From Nitrospiria bacterium (GTDB taxonomy: Bacteria > Nitrospirota > Nitrospiria > Nitrospirales > NS-4), in assembly GCA_041490525.1 (NCBI GenBank), contig JBGPTH010000002.1, forward strand, positions 67,214-131,213: 64,000 bases of DNA, read 5' to 3'. Each line of letters starts with the position of its first letter. Position 1 is the first letter of the stretch. The position numbers were made by a program, and so were the translations under genes. This document shows positions 56,074-64,000 of the stretch, in pieces. The notes under the pieces were generated by a model. That model ran no database searches. It was not told the origin of the DNA and worked only from the letters and a program-made list of their open reading frames with translations.

Positions 56074-56359
56074 CTTGTCTTTCACCTCCTTCCAGTCTGT
56101 GATTGCAGACCTGAGCCCTTAGGGTTCTGTGGGGAGGTTAAGCATCTGACATGCCACCCTTCAGGAAGCGGGGTGGCATGAGCAAAGCTTTTGGTTTTCA
56201 ATAACATGCGGATCTGGTCTCATCTTGAATTGCGGGGAGGGACGTGGGCGCTCTGCCTGATTTGAGGCAGAGGTCGCCCGGACTGAGTTGGCCTCTCATT
56301 GCAAACAGGAGGTCTCCCTTCTATACTCCGGCGGCGTCAGCCGGAGAGGGAAGCGGACC

Positions 56360-56923
56360 ATGCAGGGCGGCAGGACCATAACCAGTGGTGTTGGGGCGGC
56401 CCTGGGTCTCCTCCTGGTATGGCCGTCGGTCACTGGGTTAAAGGACGTCGGCCCCAGCATCACGCCGGCTCCCGAGATCCTCTACGCCCCCGAAGAGGAC
56501 CCGGCCAAGCGCTTGGTCACCCTCTATGAGGGAGCGCGCCACTACATCTATCTGGCCACCTATGGACTCACCTATCCGCCGATCGTCAAGGCCCTCGTGG
56601 CGGCGAAAAAACGAGGGGTGGATGTCCGGGTGATCACGGACCGGGGCAGACTGGAGGACCGCAATCAACGGGCTGCCCTAGAGACTGTGCATCTGGCAGG
56701 AATCCCGATCAAGGTCAATAGGCACGACGGCCTCATGCATCTGAAGCAGGCGGTTGTGGATGACCGGGTGAACACGTCGGGCTCGATGAATCAGACCTCG
56801 AGCGCGACCCGATACAACGATGAGCGGTTGGATCTCCTTCATGACGCGGCCAGCACGCGCCGGGCGAAGGAGAAATTCCTAAAAATGTGGGACGATTCCA
56901 CCCGCTACGAACCCTGGCCGTGA
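56360..56923 (+). CDS. secreted phospholipase D-family protein with single HKD motif (Nuc-like endonuclease)
   Basis: Start taken at MQGGRTITSGVGAALGLLLVWPSVTG (signal peptide). The HKD motif is HLKQAVVDDRVNTSGSMN. Confidence 0.75.
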   Translation: MQGGRTITSGVGAALGLLLVWPSVTGLKDVGPSITPAPEILYAPEEDPAKRLVTLYEGARHYIYLATYGLTYPPIVKALVAAKKRGVDVRVITDRGRLEDRNQRAALETVHLAGIPIKVNRHDGLMHLKQAVVDDRVNTSGSMNQTSSATRYNDERLDLLHDAASTRRAKEKFLKMWDDSTRYEPWP

Positions 56924-58185
56924 AGTTCGACATCGTCATCGTGGGGGCGGGGGGTGGCGGGGCGGTGCTGGGTCTGGCCGTTGCCCAGAAAGGCATTCCC
57001 GTCCTCGTTCTGGAGCGCCAACCCGGCCCGCCGACCGGCATTCGCGGCGAGACCATCCAGCCGAACGGCCAACAGATCCTCGATCGGTTGGGAATCCTCA
57101 CGGCCCTCACGCCGGCCGCCGTGCAACCGGTGCAGTGTTTTCGGTTCTACCGGATCGGGGGGGGCCACCTCTGCACGGTGGATTACGCCGCGCTCTCCCC
57201 GCCGCGCAATCACGCCCTGGTCGCGCTCTCTAATGTGGTCCACAAGCTGATCCTGGACCGGCTGTCCGCCCAGCCGAGCGCGCAATTGTGGTACGGGGCC
57301 GAGTTCCGGGGATTGTTGAGACGAGACGGGCGCGTCGCCGGGGTGGTGGTCCGGCGAGCAGGAGAGACGGCGAGCATCGAAATGCCCGCGGATTTGGTGG
57401 TGGGGGCCGACGGCGCTCAATCGATGGTGCGGCAGGCTGTCGGGATCAAGGCCGAGGTGCACCGCTATCGCCATGGCTATCTGATCGCCCTCCTGCCCCG
57501 CCCTGACGGCATGGAAGGGGAGGCGAGGTACTACATCGGACGGGGGGAGATCCTCGCGCTGTTCCCGGCTCCCGGGATGCGTGTCGTGTCCCTATACATG
57601 GTGGAGGCGGCGAAGGTCGAGGCGACGAGGGCTCGCGGGCTGGAGGCCTTCAAGGGGCGGGTGGAGGCGGTCGATCCTGCGATGGCGGCCCCGCTGAAGA
57701 GCCTGACCTCCTGGGAGCAGGTCGGCTTCCTCCCGTGCACGCGGGTCCGCGCGGAGCGCTGGGTGGCGGACGGGGCCGCCTTGATCGGGGATGCGGCGCA
57801 TGCCATGAACCCCCACGTGTCGCAAGGACGGATGCAGGCCATGGAAGACGCCATGGCCCTGGCGGAGCTGATCGAGCGATGCCGGGAGATGGGGGACTGG
57901 TCCGCCCGCGCCCTTTCCGCGTACGAAGCGGGCCGGCGGTCACAAGTCGAGATGCTGCAGCGGCTCGCGGACGAGCAGGCGCGCTTCTGGAATGCCGCCG
58001 ATCCGGTGCGATGCTTCCTGCGGGACCGCGTCTTTCGGGGATTCGACCGGAACGCCAGGCTCCGGTATCAGGTGCTGACCGCCACCGCAGGCCTTCGGAC
58101 CACTCCCCCGCTGACGTGGGCGGACCGCCTCATGGCGGCGGGCATGTTCCCTGATCCCCACGCCCATGAATCCCCCCTTCCTTAG
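56920..58185 (+). CDS. FAD-dependent monooxygenase (UbiH/geranylgeranyl-reductase-like)
   Basis: GTG start overlapping the upstream stop (GTGA). It has the dinucleotide motif DIVIVGAGGGGAV, and also LIGDAAHAMNP. Confidence 0.8.
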   Translation: MKFDIVIVGAGGGGAVLGLAVAQKGIPVLVLERQPGPPTGIRGETIQPNGQQILDRLGILTALTPAAVQPVQCFRFYRIGGGHLCTVDYAALSPPRNHALVALSNVVHKLILDRLSAQPSAQLWYGAEFRGLLRRDGRVAGVVVRRAGETASIEMPADLVVGADGAQSMVRQAVGIKAEVHRYRHGYLIALLPRPDGMEGEARYYIGRGEILALFPAPGMRVVSLYMVEAAKVEATRARGLEAFKGRVEAVDPAMAAPLKSLTSWEQVGFLPCTRVRAERWVADGAALIGDAAHAMNPHVSQGRMQAMEDAMALAELIERCREMGDWSARALSAYEAGRRSQVEMLQRLADEQARFWNAADPVRCFLRDRVFRGFDRNARLRYQVLTATAGLRTTPPLTWADRLMAAGMFPDPHAHESPLP

Positions 58186-58298
58186 CGGACGATAGACCGT
58201 CCCTCAATTTTTCCCCGGGCCGGAATGCTCTGATGAGGCCTGTCCATGATATGCTAGATATTTAATCAGAGACTTGGCCGGACCCGAAGGAGTCATTG

Positions 58299-59573
58299 AT
58301 GGCTGAGACCCCCCTCTTCACATTCGTCCACTGCGCCGACCTGCACCTGGATAGTCCCTTCGTGGGGCTCCATGCGCTGGCTCCCGAGATTTCAGGCGTG
58401 CTTCGCGAGGCGACCTTCAAGGCGTTCAACAACGTCGTTGATCTGGCGATCCGGCACGAGGCGAAGGTCCTGATCGTGGCGGGGGACGTCTACGACGGGG
58501 CGGATCGGAGCCTGCGGGCGCAACTGCACTTTCGCGACGCCCTTCGGCGTGCCGTGGACGCGGGGATCCAGTGCTGCGTCGCACATGGCAATCATGATCC
58601 GCTCTCCGGATGGGAGGCTGGGCTCAAGATGCCGCCCGCGGTCCACCGCTTCAGCGGAGAGGAGGTGGAACGGGTATCCGTGCGAGCCGGAGGCGAGACG
58701 GTTGCCCACGTGTACGGCCTCAGTTTTCCCGTCCGGGAAGTCCGGGAGAATCTGGCGGGGCGCTTTCGCAGGGACGCCGACGGTCCCTTCGCCATCGGCG
58801 TGCTGCATTGCAATGTGGGGGGCAATCCCCAGCACGACAACTACGCCCCGTGCACCGTCGAGGACCTGGTCGCGTGCGGCATGGACTACTGGGCCTTGGG
58901 ACATGTCCACACGCGCCAGGTGCTCCGCGAAAGCCTGCCCTGCATCGTGTATCCGGGGAACACCCAGGGGCGAAGCCTGCGGGAGGAAGGGGCGCGCGGG
59001 TGCTACTTGGTGCGAGTGGACACAGCGGGAGGCGTCAGGCAAGAATTCGTCCCCACGGACGTGGTCCGTTGGTATGTGGATGAGGTGGACATCTCCGGCT
59101 TGAAAACCATGGACGACCTGCTGCAGGCGCTGGCGGCGACGGTGGACCAGGCGCGTGCCAGGGCCGATGGGCGCGGGGCCATAATGCGGGTGCGGGTCAC
59201 CGGCCGAGGCGACCTGCATGGGACGCTGAAGCGCGTGGAGCCCGACCGCGATCTGGCCCGACCCCTCCGCGAGGGCGAGGGGGGCCGGGAGGATTTCGTG
59301 TGGGTGGAATCCGTGGAGGTGGGGACGCGGCCGGCCCTCGACCTCGACCAGCGGCGGCAGGTGGAGGATTTCACCGGCGACTTTCTCCGCGCCGCGGAGC
59401 GGCTCCGGACGGCAGGCGACCCCGGCGACGCGCTTCGCGAGGTATTGGCCAAACGCCCGGAGCAGCGCCTCATCGCCAATGAGCTGAGCCGCCTATCCGA
59501 TGCTGACTTACTGGACCTGCTCAGCGAGTCCGAAATCCTGGGGCTCGACTACCTGCTGCGAGACGAGGCCTGA
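58299..59573 (+). CDS. SbcD/Mre11-like metallophosphoesterase (YhaO-type DNA repair exonuclease)
   Basis: It has the calcineurin-like motifs CADLHLD, AGDVYD, HGNHD and LGHVH. The RBS gaaggag lies 6 nt upstream of the ATG at 58299. Confidence 0.8.
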   Translation: MAETPLFTFVHCADLHLDSPFVGLHALAPEISGVLREATFKAFNNVVDLAIRHEAKVLIVAGDVYDGADRSLRAQLHFRDALRRAVDAGIQCCVAHGNHDPLSGWEAGLKMPPAVHRFSGEEVERVSVRAGGETVAHVYGLSFPVREVRENLAGRFRRDADGPFAIGVLHCNVGGNPQHDNYAPCTVEDLVACGMDYWALGHVHTRQVLRESLPCIVYPGNTQGRSLREEGARGCYLVRVDTAGGVRQEFVPTDVVRWYVDEVDISGLKTMDDLLQALAATVDQARARADGRGAIMRVRVTGRGDLHGTLKRVEPDRDLARPLREGEGGREDFVWVESVEVGTRPALDLDQRRQVEDFTGDFLRAAERLRTAGDPGDALREVLAKRPEQRLIANELSRLSDADLLDLLSESEILGLDYLLRDEA

Positions 59574-59576
59574 CCG

Positions 59577-62500
59577 GTGCGCCTGTGCGGATTTCACATC
59601 GACGGCTTTGGGATATTCCGCGATCAGAGCTTGCAGGGCCTGCCGGCAGGCCTGGTCCTGTTCGTGGGAAATAACGAGAGCGGCAAGACCACCCTGATGG
59701 AATTCATCCGCACGATGTTTTTCGGATTTCCCCGCCGCCAGCGGAACGGCTATCCGCCTCTCCGCGGAGGGGCTCCCGGTGGGCGGCTCCTCGTCGAGAT
59801 GCAAGACGGGCGGCGGGTCATGATCGCCCGGACGGAGAAGGCGGTGACGATCGCCGAGCCGGAAGCCGGGTCTCTCAAAGCCGAGCCGTCGGCTCATTTG
59901 CTGGGAGGGATGGACCGGGGAACCTATGAGCGGGTCTTCGCGCTGGGGTTGACCGAGCTGTTCGGCCTGGACGTGCTCACGGAGGAATCCGTCCGCGGCC
60001 GGCTGTTGGCGGCGGGGTCGGGGTTGGGCATGTCGTCCGGCCCGGCCACGATGAAGGCGCTCGACGATGAGCTCGCCAATTTGCTGAAAGAGAGGGGAAC
60101 CTCCCCGATCATCAACAATCTGGTCCGCCAGCTCAAAGAAGGGGAAGGGCGCCTCAAGCCCCTTCAGGGGCAAGCGGCCGAGTATGCGGCCTGTCAGGCC
60201 AAGCGCGAAGAACTGGAGTTGCGCATCACGACCGCGAGGCGGGAGGCCGACCAGATCGGCCAGCGGCTTCGGCGGGTCGAACAACTGAGGCGGGCGCGCG
60301 AGCCGTGGGTCCGCTGGAGCGCCGCGCGGAAAAAGCTGGTCGCCTTGGACGTGGCCAAGGGGTTTCCCCTGAACGGCCTGGAGCGGCTCGAAACGCTCAA
60401 GCGGGACATCGAGCAATTGCGCGAGGTCCGACGGGCCAGGGAGGACGAGGCCCTGCGCTTGGAGCAGCAATTGAGCCGCCTGGCGGTCGAGGAAGTGGGG
60501 CTCGATCACCGGCAGGAAATTGAGGCCCTGATCGGCGAACGGGAAAAGCTCCAGCAGGCGGTCAAAGACTATCCCCTCCTCACGGAAGCGAAGGACCAGG
60601 CAGAGGAGGAATTCCAGCGGCGGCTGCGCGAGTTGGGGCCCGACTGGGACGCGGCCCGGCTGGCCCAGATGGACACCTCCGTATCCGTCCGCCACCGCGT
60701 GCAGGAGTTTGGGCGCCAGTTCGAGGCCGTCGAGCACAAGGCCCAGGAGACGATGGCCTTGCAGCGCATGCGGCAGGAAGCGGAATGGGAGGCGAAGCGG
60801 GCGGCGGAGGAAACCCGGCGGCGGTTGGACGAGCTGCCTCCGCCGCCGGTGACGGACGAGCAACGCATGCAGGACCAGCAGGACGCGGTCCGGACCCTGC
60901 GCGGGAACCTCCACGAGAAGACCGTCGCGACTGTCCAGCTCACCGAAAAGCGGAGCGCCCTCCAGGATACCCTCAATCGAGCGGCCGCTCTCCAGAAGCA
61001 GATCAAACACCGTCCCGATCAGTTCTCGTCGTGGACGCCGTGGGCGGCGCTGGCGGCCTGGGTGATCCTCGGCGGGGTGCTGGGGGTCCAAGGCGCCTTC
61101 CTCCCGGCCGTGATCGTGCTTCTTGTGGGCGGCGGCCTGGCGGGGTTGCTCCTCTACCTCCGCCGCCGTCAAGCAGGCGCGGAGACTTCAGACCTTCAGA
61201 CGGCCTCGCAGGAAGCTGTGGGCGCCCAACGCCGCCTGGAGGCGGAGACCCGAACGCTTTCCGAGCGCGTGGAGATCCTCGGCAAGACGATCGAGCGGCT
61301 GGCGGGAAGCGCGGGGCTTGCGACCCCGCGCGACCTGACAGAATGGGAGGCCCTGGCCGTCCGACTGGAACGCGCGAAAGAAGACCTGATGGGATGGAAG
61401 ACCCTGGAACGGCAGCACCGGGAGGCGGAGGAGCGGTGGCGGGAGGCGCACGCGCAATTCGAGCGCGCCGCGCAGGAGGCCGACCAGGCGCATCAAGAAC
61501 AGCAGCGGCTTTGGAAGGTGTGGCAGGCGTGGTTGTCCGCGCGCGGCGTCCTCGATGCCGTCCGTCCGCAAGGGTTCGAGACGGTGGTGCAGGCGGTCGA
61601 GAGCGCCCGCGTGGCGCAGGCGCGTCTGCAGGAGGCCCAGCTGCGAGTCAGCCAGTTGGAGGAATACATCCAAAGCACGCGCCAGGGCATCTCCCGGGTC
61701 TTGGAGGCGGTGGGGCGTCCCACGGACTCGGCGGACATCGGCGTCGAGGAGGTGGATGCGCTCCGTCTCGCGCTTGATGCGGCCCGCGAGGCCCGGCGCC
61801 GGCGTGAAGAGATCGGCGCGCGGCTGGAGGAAGCCCGGGCGGAAGGACTCCGGCTGCGCGACCAACTGGAGGGCAAGCAGAAGCAGGTGACGGCGTTGCT
61901 CCGTGAGGCCAGGGTCGGGGACGAGGATGAATTTTGCCGCATGGCCGGGCGCTATGAGGAATGGTGCGTCTACCAGAAGCAGGTCGAAGCGGAGGATCTC
62001 CTGTTGCGCGCCATCGCGGGGGCCCCGGAGGAGCAGGCCGCGCTCGACAAGGAGCTCGCCGCGATCTCCCCGATTCAAATCCAAGCGGAGGAAGACCGCC
62101 GCCACGCCCGGCTGCAGGAACTCGAGAAGGACATGTCCGAGGGGGAGCGCGAGGTCGGAGGGCTCAATGAGAAGCTGCTCAGGCTGGCCCAGGACGAAGA
62201 GCCCGGCCACCTGTTGCTCGAGCAGCAGACGATCCGCGAGCAACTCTCGGACGCCACGAAGCGCTGGGCCAAGCTGGTGTTTTGCCGTCATCTCCTGTCG
62301 CAGGCGCAAGGCATCTACGAACGGGAGCGCCAGCCGCAAGTCATTCGAGAAGCGGACCGCTTTCTGAAGACCATGACCGACCAGCGATACGGCCTGTTGT
62401 TGGGGATCGGCGACAGCAACATCCAGTTGGAGGACACCACGCTGAGCCGGAAGGAGGAACCGACATGGAGCAGCGGGCTCGCGGATCAAGTCTATCTGGC

Positions 62501-62780
62501 GGTCCGCCTCGGCCTGGCCCGCGAGTTCGGGCGTCACTCGGAACCGCTGCCGGTTGTCCTGGACGATGTGCTGGTGAAGTTCGACCCCATCCGTCAGCTC
62601 GGCGCCGCGAGGGTCATCCTGGAATTCGCCCGCGAGCAGCAAATATTGTTGTTCTCCTGTCACCCTGAGGTCGGGGCCATCATGGAGCAGGCGCGCCAGG
62701 AGCCGTCCTTTCAAGATACCGTCGTGGCCACCTATACCGTCTCAGACGGCGCGATCCTCCCGAGCACCGGCGTCTCGTAA
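59577..62780 (+). CDS. SbcC/Rad50-like AAA ATPase (YhaN-type) with long coiled coil and internal membrane hairpin
   Basis: 1067 aa with a GTG start 3 nt after the upstream stop. It has Walker A GNNESGKTT. The C-terminus has SSGLADQ and Walker B VVLDDVL. The middle ~750 aa are Glu/Arg/Leu/Gln-rich. Two hydrophobic helices lie at about 61030-61170 (WAALAAWVILGGVLGV and FLPAVIVLLVGGGLAGLLLYL). Confidence 0.8.
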   Translation: MRLCGFHIDGFGIFRDQSLQGLPAGLVLFVGNNESGKTTLMEFIRTMFFGFPRRQRNGYPPLRGGAPGGRLLVEMQDGRRVMIARTEKAVTIAEPEAGSLKAEPSAHLLGGMDRGTYERVFALGLTELFGLDVLTEESVRGRLLAAGSGLGMSSGPATMKALDDELANLLKERGTSPIINNLVRQLKEGEGRLKPLQGQAAEYAACQAKREELELRITTARREADQIGQRLRRVEQLRRAREPWVRWSAARKKLVALDVAKGFPLNGLERLETLKRDIEQLREVRRAREDEALRLEQQLSRLAVEEVGLDHRQEIEALIGEREKLQQAVKDYPLLTEAKDQAEEEFQRRLRELGPDWDAARLAQMDTSVSVRHRVQEFGRQFEAVEHKAQETMALQRMRQEAEWEAKRAAEETRRRLDELPPPPVTDEQRMQDQQDAVRTLRGNLHEKTVATVQLTEKRSALQDTLNRAAALQKQIKHRPDQFSSWTPWAALAAWVILGGVLGVQGAFLPAVIVLLVGGGLAGLLLYLRRRQAGAETSDLQTASQEAVGAQRRLEAETRTLSERVEILGKTIERLAGSAGLATPRDLTEWEALAVRLERAKEDLMGWKTLERQHREAEERWREAHAQFERAAQEADQAHQEQQRLWKVWQAWLSARGVLDAVRPQGFETVVQAVESARVAQARLQEAQLRVSQLEEYIQSTRQGISRVLEAVGRPTDSADIGVEEVDALRLALDAAREARRRREEIGARLEEARAEGLRLRDQLEGKQKQVTALLREARVGDEDEFCRMAGRYEEWCVYQKQVEAEDLLLRAIAGAPEEQAALDKELAAISPIQIQAEEDRRHARLQELEKDMSEGEREVGGLNEKLLRLAQDEEPGHLLLEQQTIREQLSDATKRWAKLVFCRHLLSQAQGIYERERQPQVIREADRFLKTMTDQRYGLLLGIGDSNIQLEDTTLSRKEEPTWSSGLADQVYLAVRLGLAREFGRHSEPLPVVLDDVLVKFDPIRQLGAARVILEFAREQQILLFSCHPEVGAIMEQARQEPSFQDTVVATYTVSDGAILPSTGVS

Positions 62781-62790
62781 CGATCCCCCT

Positions 62791-64000
62791 CTAGACTGTT
62801 TCGGCGTACAGGGTGGTGGCGGTCGCGTCGGTGATGCGGACGGCGGTGAGGCTGCCGGGTTTGATCGCCTGTCCCCTTTTGGGGAAGACGGCCACGAGAT
62901 TGCCGTCGGTGCGGCCCATCCACTGCTCGGAAGAGCGCTTGCCCTCGCCCTCCACCAATAGTTCGACGGTCTTGCCGAGCAGAGCCCGGTTCTTCCTCAG
63001 CGAGATGGCCCGCTGCAGCTCCACGAGGCGCGTGACGCGGTCTGATTTGACCGCGTCGGGGACGTCGTCGGCGAACTTCCGGGCGGCGATGGTGTTCTTG
63101 CGCTCCGAATACTTGAAGATGAAGGCCGAGTGGAATTCGACCTGTCGGACGAGGTCGTAGGTCTCCCCAAACTCCCCCTCGCTCTCGGAGCAGAAGCCCG
63201 CGATGATGTCGGTGGTCAGGACGATGTCGGGGCAGACCAGTCTGATCCGATCCACCAGCGCCAGGTATTCCGCACGCGTGTAGGTCCTGCTCATCAACTC
63301 GAGAATTCGGTCGTGGCCGGCCTGCAGCGGCAGGTGAATGTGCTTGCAGATCCGGGGATGGCCGGCGACCGCCTCCAGGAGCTTGTCCGGAAAATCCTTC
63401 GGGTGCGGCGAAGTAAAGCGCACCCGTTCGATTCCGGGAACCGCTGCCACTGCCAACAACAAATCGGCGAAGTCATGCGCGCCGTCCCGGTACGAGTTGA
63501 CGTTCTGGCCGAGTAGCGTGACCTGCTTGCATCCGCCGGCCGCGACGGCCTCGACCTCCCGTACCACGTTCCCACATTCGCGGCTGCGCTCCCGTCCTCG
63601 GGTATAGGGGACCACGCAAAAGGTGCAGAAGTTGTCGCAGCCCCGCATGACCGCGACCCAGGCCGTCACGCCCTCGACGCGGTCCGGGACGATGTCCGCG
63701 TAGGTTTCGTACTCGGAGAGGTCGACGGCCAGGCCCTTCCGCCCCGCGGCGGCCTGGTCCAGCAGCGCCGGAAGCGACCGATAGCTGTCCGGGCCGGCCA
63801 GCACATCAATCAGAGAGCCGGGGCCCACCAGCTCCTTCTTGAGATTTTGGGCCATGCACCCCAATACTCCAATGACGAGGCCCTTCTCCTTCTTCAGGTC
63901 CTTCAACATGCCGAGATGCCCATAGACCTTGTTGTGGGCGTTTTCCCGGATCGCACAGGTGTTCAGGAGCACAATGTCGGCGGTGTCGGCGGAGTCGGTA
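62791..64000 (-). CDS. miaB: tRNA-2-methylthio-N6-dimethylallyladenosine synthase MiaB (N-terminus beyond window end)
   Basis: It has the radical SAM motif CDNFCTFC and a C-terminal TRAM domain. The reading frame stays open to position 64000 (..DSADTADIVLLNTCAIRE..). Confidence 0.85.
   Translation of the reverse strand, partial: TDSADTADIVLLNTCAIRENAHNKVYGHLGMLKDLKKEKGLVIGVLGCMAQNLKKELVGPGSLIDVLAGPDSYRSLPALLDQAAAGRKGLAVDLSEYETYADIVPDRVEGVTAWVAVMRGCDNFCTFCVVPYTRGRERSRECGNVVREVEAVAAGGCKQVTLLGQNVNSYRDGAHDFADLLLAVAAVPGIERVRFTSPHPKDFPDKLLEAVAGHPRICKHIHLPLQAGHDRILELMSRTYTRAEYLALVDRIRLVCPDIVLTTDIIAGFCSESEGEFGETYDLVRQVEFHSAFIFKYSERKNTIAARKFADDVPDAVKSDRVTRLVELQRAISLRKNRALLGKTVELLVEGEGKRSSEQWMGRTDGNLVAVFPKRGQAIKPGSLTAVRITDATATTLYAETV

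Noticed and set aside
55771-56181. The + strand Leu/Phe-rich ORFs (55771-56181 and 55790-56122) opposite the KE-repeat gene.
   Set aside because: They are mirror translations of the polypyrimidine tract (LFL/FFS runs) with no RBS. The minus-strand ORF has an RBS, a signal peptide and a terminator.
1-64000. CRISPR arrays, rRNA genes, prophage structural genes and complete known defence systems (RM, CBASS, retron, TA pairs).
   Set aside because: I found no regularly spaced direct repeats with unique spacers. I also saw no rRNA-like conserved stretches and no cas, capsid, terminase, methyltransferase or reverse-transcriptase motifs on reading the ORF set.

Overview
This is a 64-kb, high-GC (about 60% by eye) bacterial chromosomal window. 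It holds roughly 60 protein genes, one tRNA, and an unusual amount of small-repeat and IS debris.

(i) Housekeeping blocks: queG, a PolX polymerase, thiI, trxB, coaE, folK-panC-hemW, ettA, uppP and miaB (cut by the window end).

(ii) A five-gene 2-oxoacid:ferredoxin oxidoreductase cluster of the five-subunit Hydrogenobacter/Nitrospira type lies at 22.1-26.0 kb. Together with an HpnA-like epimerase this makes a Nitrospira-like (Nitrospirota) origin plausible, but that is inference only.

(iii) Envelope and efflux modules: an ECF sigma/anti-sigma/LTXXQ set sits next to mdtABC. A TolC-MacA-MacB cluster has a permease gene reduced to 101 codons.

(iv) An SbcD/SbcC-like (YhaO/YhaN-type) nuclease-ATPase pair carries a membrane hairpin inside its coiled coil. 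It is preceded by a secreted PLD/Nuc-like protein.

(v) Two visibly AT-richer accessory segments lie at 6.1-7.05 kb and 26.5-35.6 kb.

The most unusual structure starts at tRNA-Asn (26469-26544). Every gene from there to 35.6 kb is on the + strand. These genes are partitioned into small cassettes by a length-invariant 48-nt repeat that mimics the acceptor/T-loop part of tRNA-Asn. A sixth copy of the repeat, plus an orphan 22-nt tRNA-Asn 3' fragment, brackets a single-ORF islet at 6.1-6.8 kb. The same segment carries three decayed IS3-family relics and a 68-bp palindrome built from two abutted IS-type terminal repeats.

No CRISPR array, rRNA or complete known defence system was seen. All family calls come from motif recognition by eye; no database search or folding program was available.
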